This document shows positions 62,231-64,000 of a stretch of 64,000 nt of DNA, piece by piece. Origin of the DNA: Eledone cirrhosa. Taxonomy: Eukaryota. Below the pieces are notes generated by a model. The model searched no databases. It was not told the DNA's origin and worked only from the letters and a program-made list of their open reading frames with translations. A program made the translations under genes and the position numbers. Location of the stretch: assembly GCA_964016885.1 (NCBI GenBank), contig CAXHJY010000928.1:248001-312000 (forward strand), read 5' to 3'. Position 1 is the first letter of the stretch. Every line of letters starts with the position of its first letter.

Positions 62231-64000
62231 ATATTAAGGATACTATTTATAGCTATGTATATTTTAAACTATAAACAGAGAAGGTCAGTAATTAATTACT
62301 ACCTTATTACCAGTAAGATAAATAGCTCAATGTAAGAACATCAGTTGTTTTACAGAACAGTTATATTGAATTCACAAATCAAAGTTATGTTTAAAACATT
62401 TAATCACTGACAATTGTTTCTTCCAAACCTAGCCTTGGAGTCTTCGGAGCAATTTTAATGTTTGTACATATATAATTTACCTCCTACTCAACGTAAGAGA
62501 CATACAGATATATATATATATATTGATGTACAGTGTGGAGTTGATGTGACATATATCATATTATACTATAATTGTACAGTAATTCAAATTAAGATTAAAA
62601 TCAAAATTCAAAAACAAGATTAAAAGCATAGGTTGGAATACATGCGACAGATATTACAGATAATACAGGAAAATAGTCTAATAATCAAATTAAATAGATA
62701 TTATATGCGTTAGTCATATATAGAGGGATGGAACAAGCAAATGTATCATGTATATATGAGTACTGTATGGCAAGGCATTACATGAAATACAAGCACTTTA
62801 AGCGGGTGTGTAAGTGTATTATGGTGGTTGCAGTGTGAGGATATTTTCTGTATAGTTCAAAGTTGTATGTGTGCAGAAAAAGGAAGTTATAGGTTTTACA
62901 TCCATTACATAAGTTACGATGTATTTGTATTGAATGTTTGTTGTAGTAATGGATTGTAACGTATTGAAACTCAGTGTTATTAATCCATATTTATAGGTTA
63001 GGGTCTTTCGGTTGTGAGAATTAACAGCGGTTTAATATTCGGAAGTGGGTATGTAATTAAGGGGAGGTAACTAGCTCATTCTAATAATTAAATTCATTGC
63101 TCTAATAGACATTATATGGTGCCTCAATTGAGTCCCTTATATAAAAGGTTATATTTTTATATTTAATTTTAAATACAGTCTACTCTCTCATAATGTATTA
63201 AAGGTTTCGATAGGAAGTTGTCTACCCATTATTATATAGTGCCATAATTGAACTTCCCATACAAAGTGCTATATCTTTATATCTAATTACTCTTAAATAC
63301 AGTCTACTCTCAAAACATATTATAGGTCCAATTAGATTTTTGTCTACCCAACATTTGGTAAGCTATGGAACAGCGTACAGCTGTTTGCATGATAAATTAG
63401 ATACATCCCTCGAGTGAACAAATACATCCCCTATATACAATGTTATTAATCCATACATTTGATTATAAATGCATATATAATTCATTGCTCCATATTACAT
63501 ATAAGTTAGACAAATCCCCTATGTTAATAAATTAATCCTATATATCCACAATGCTATCAATTTATACATTTAATTACCAATGTATATATAGTTCATTGTT
63601 GCATCTAGTATTTAAAGTTTATATAAACTGTATTATATTTCAATCACAATACAATTATAAGTAATCTAAAGTAATTATATTAAAAGGTGGTGATTATAAG
63701 GATCTTTCTAGGGTATAAAGTTATGGATAAAATGATTTGTGTAGAGGAAAGGGTGGATCAGAGAGTGTGGTGTAGTGGTGGAAGGCATGACCTTGAGGTG
63801 AAGTGCTAGTAGTGGTGATGAGTTCAAATCTGACATTGTTATATACTAGGTTTAAAGCTTTGGAAGGAGTGTCAGAGTCGGTGTTGGCATGATGCAAGCA
63901 CTTCCGATTTTTTATTAAGGAGGTTAAGATTATAGTATGGGTCTCTAGTAGACAGAGGTTACAAAATTTATTAGGTGGTTTATACGATGCAGCCCTACCT
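62230..64000 (-). mobile_element. Penelope-like element 3' portion (endonuclease end at about 63870-64000, long AT-rich 3' UTR, pseudo-LTR at about 62230-62470)
   Basis: Reverse strand with frameshifts reads GRAASYKPPNK / CNLCLLETH / NLLNKKSEVLASCQHR, homologous to 56290-56505; hammerhead at 62402-62454 on the same strand. Confidence 0.7.
62402..62454 (-). ncRNA. Type-I minimal hammerhead ribozyme (core variant CCGAAGA)
   Basis: Reverse strand: AATTGCT-CCGAAGA-CTCCAA ggctaggt TTGGAA-GAAA-CAATTG-TC-AGTGATT; 7-bp stem I with wobbles, palindromic stem III, GUC triplet. Confidence 0.7.

Overview
Eukaryotic, AT-rich, extremely repeat-dense animal DNA. The SINE/LINE repertoire and (TA)n/(GAT)n landscape suggest a mollusc, probably an octopus; this is inference. 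I can support only one host coding exon: 113 bp on the + strand (35021-35133) encoding the canonical EF-hand of a STIM (ER Ca2+ sensor) homolog, so most of the window is probably two very large introns. These contain RTE-clade LINEs with a PHD finger inside the RT, CR1-, L1/Tx1- and CRE-like LINE remnants, and an integrase-only Gypsy element with atypical termini. They also contain CORE-type and other tRNA-derived SINEs, a 49-bp and a 39-bp satellite with higher-order duplications, and Penelope-like (PLE) remnants. The most notable unannotated signal is a set of at least five clearly readable type-I minimal hammerhead ribozyme motifs with palindromic stem III, plus four degenerate ones, mostly in inverted PLE pseudo-LTR foldbacks. 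Nearly all short ORFs in the supplied track are artefacts of microsatellites or antisense TE sequence.
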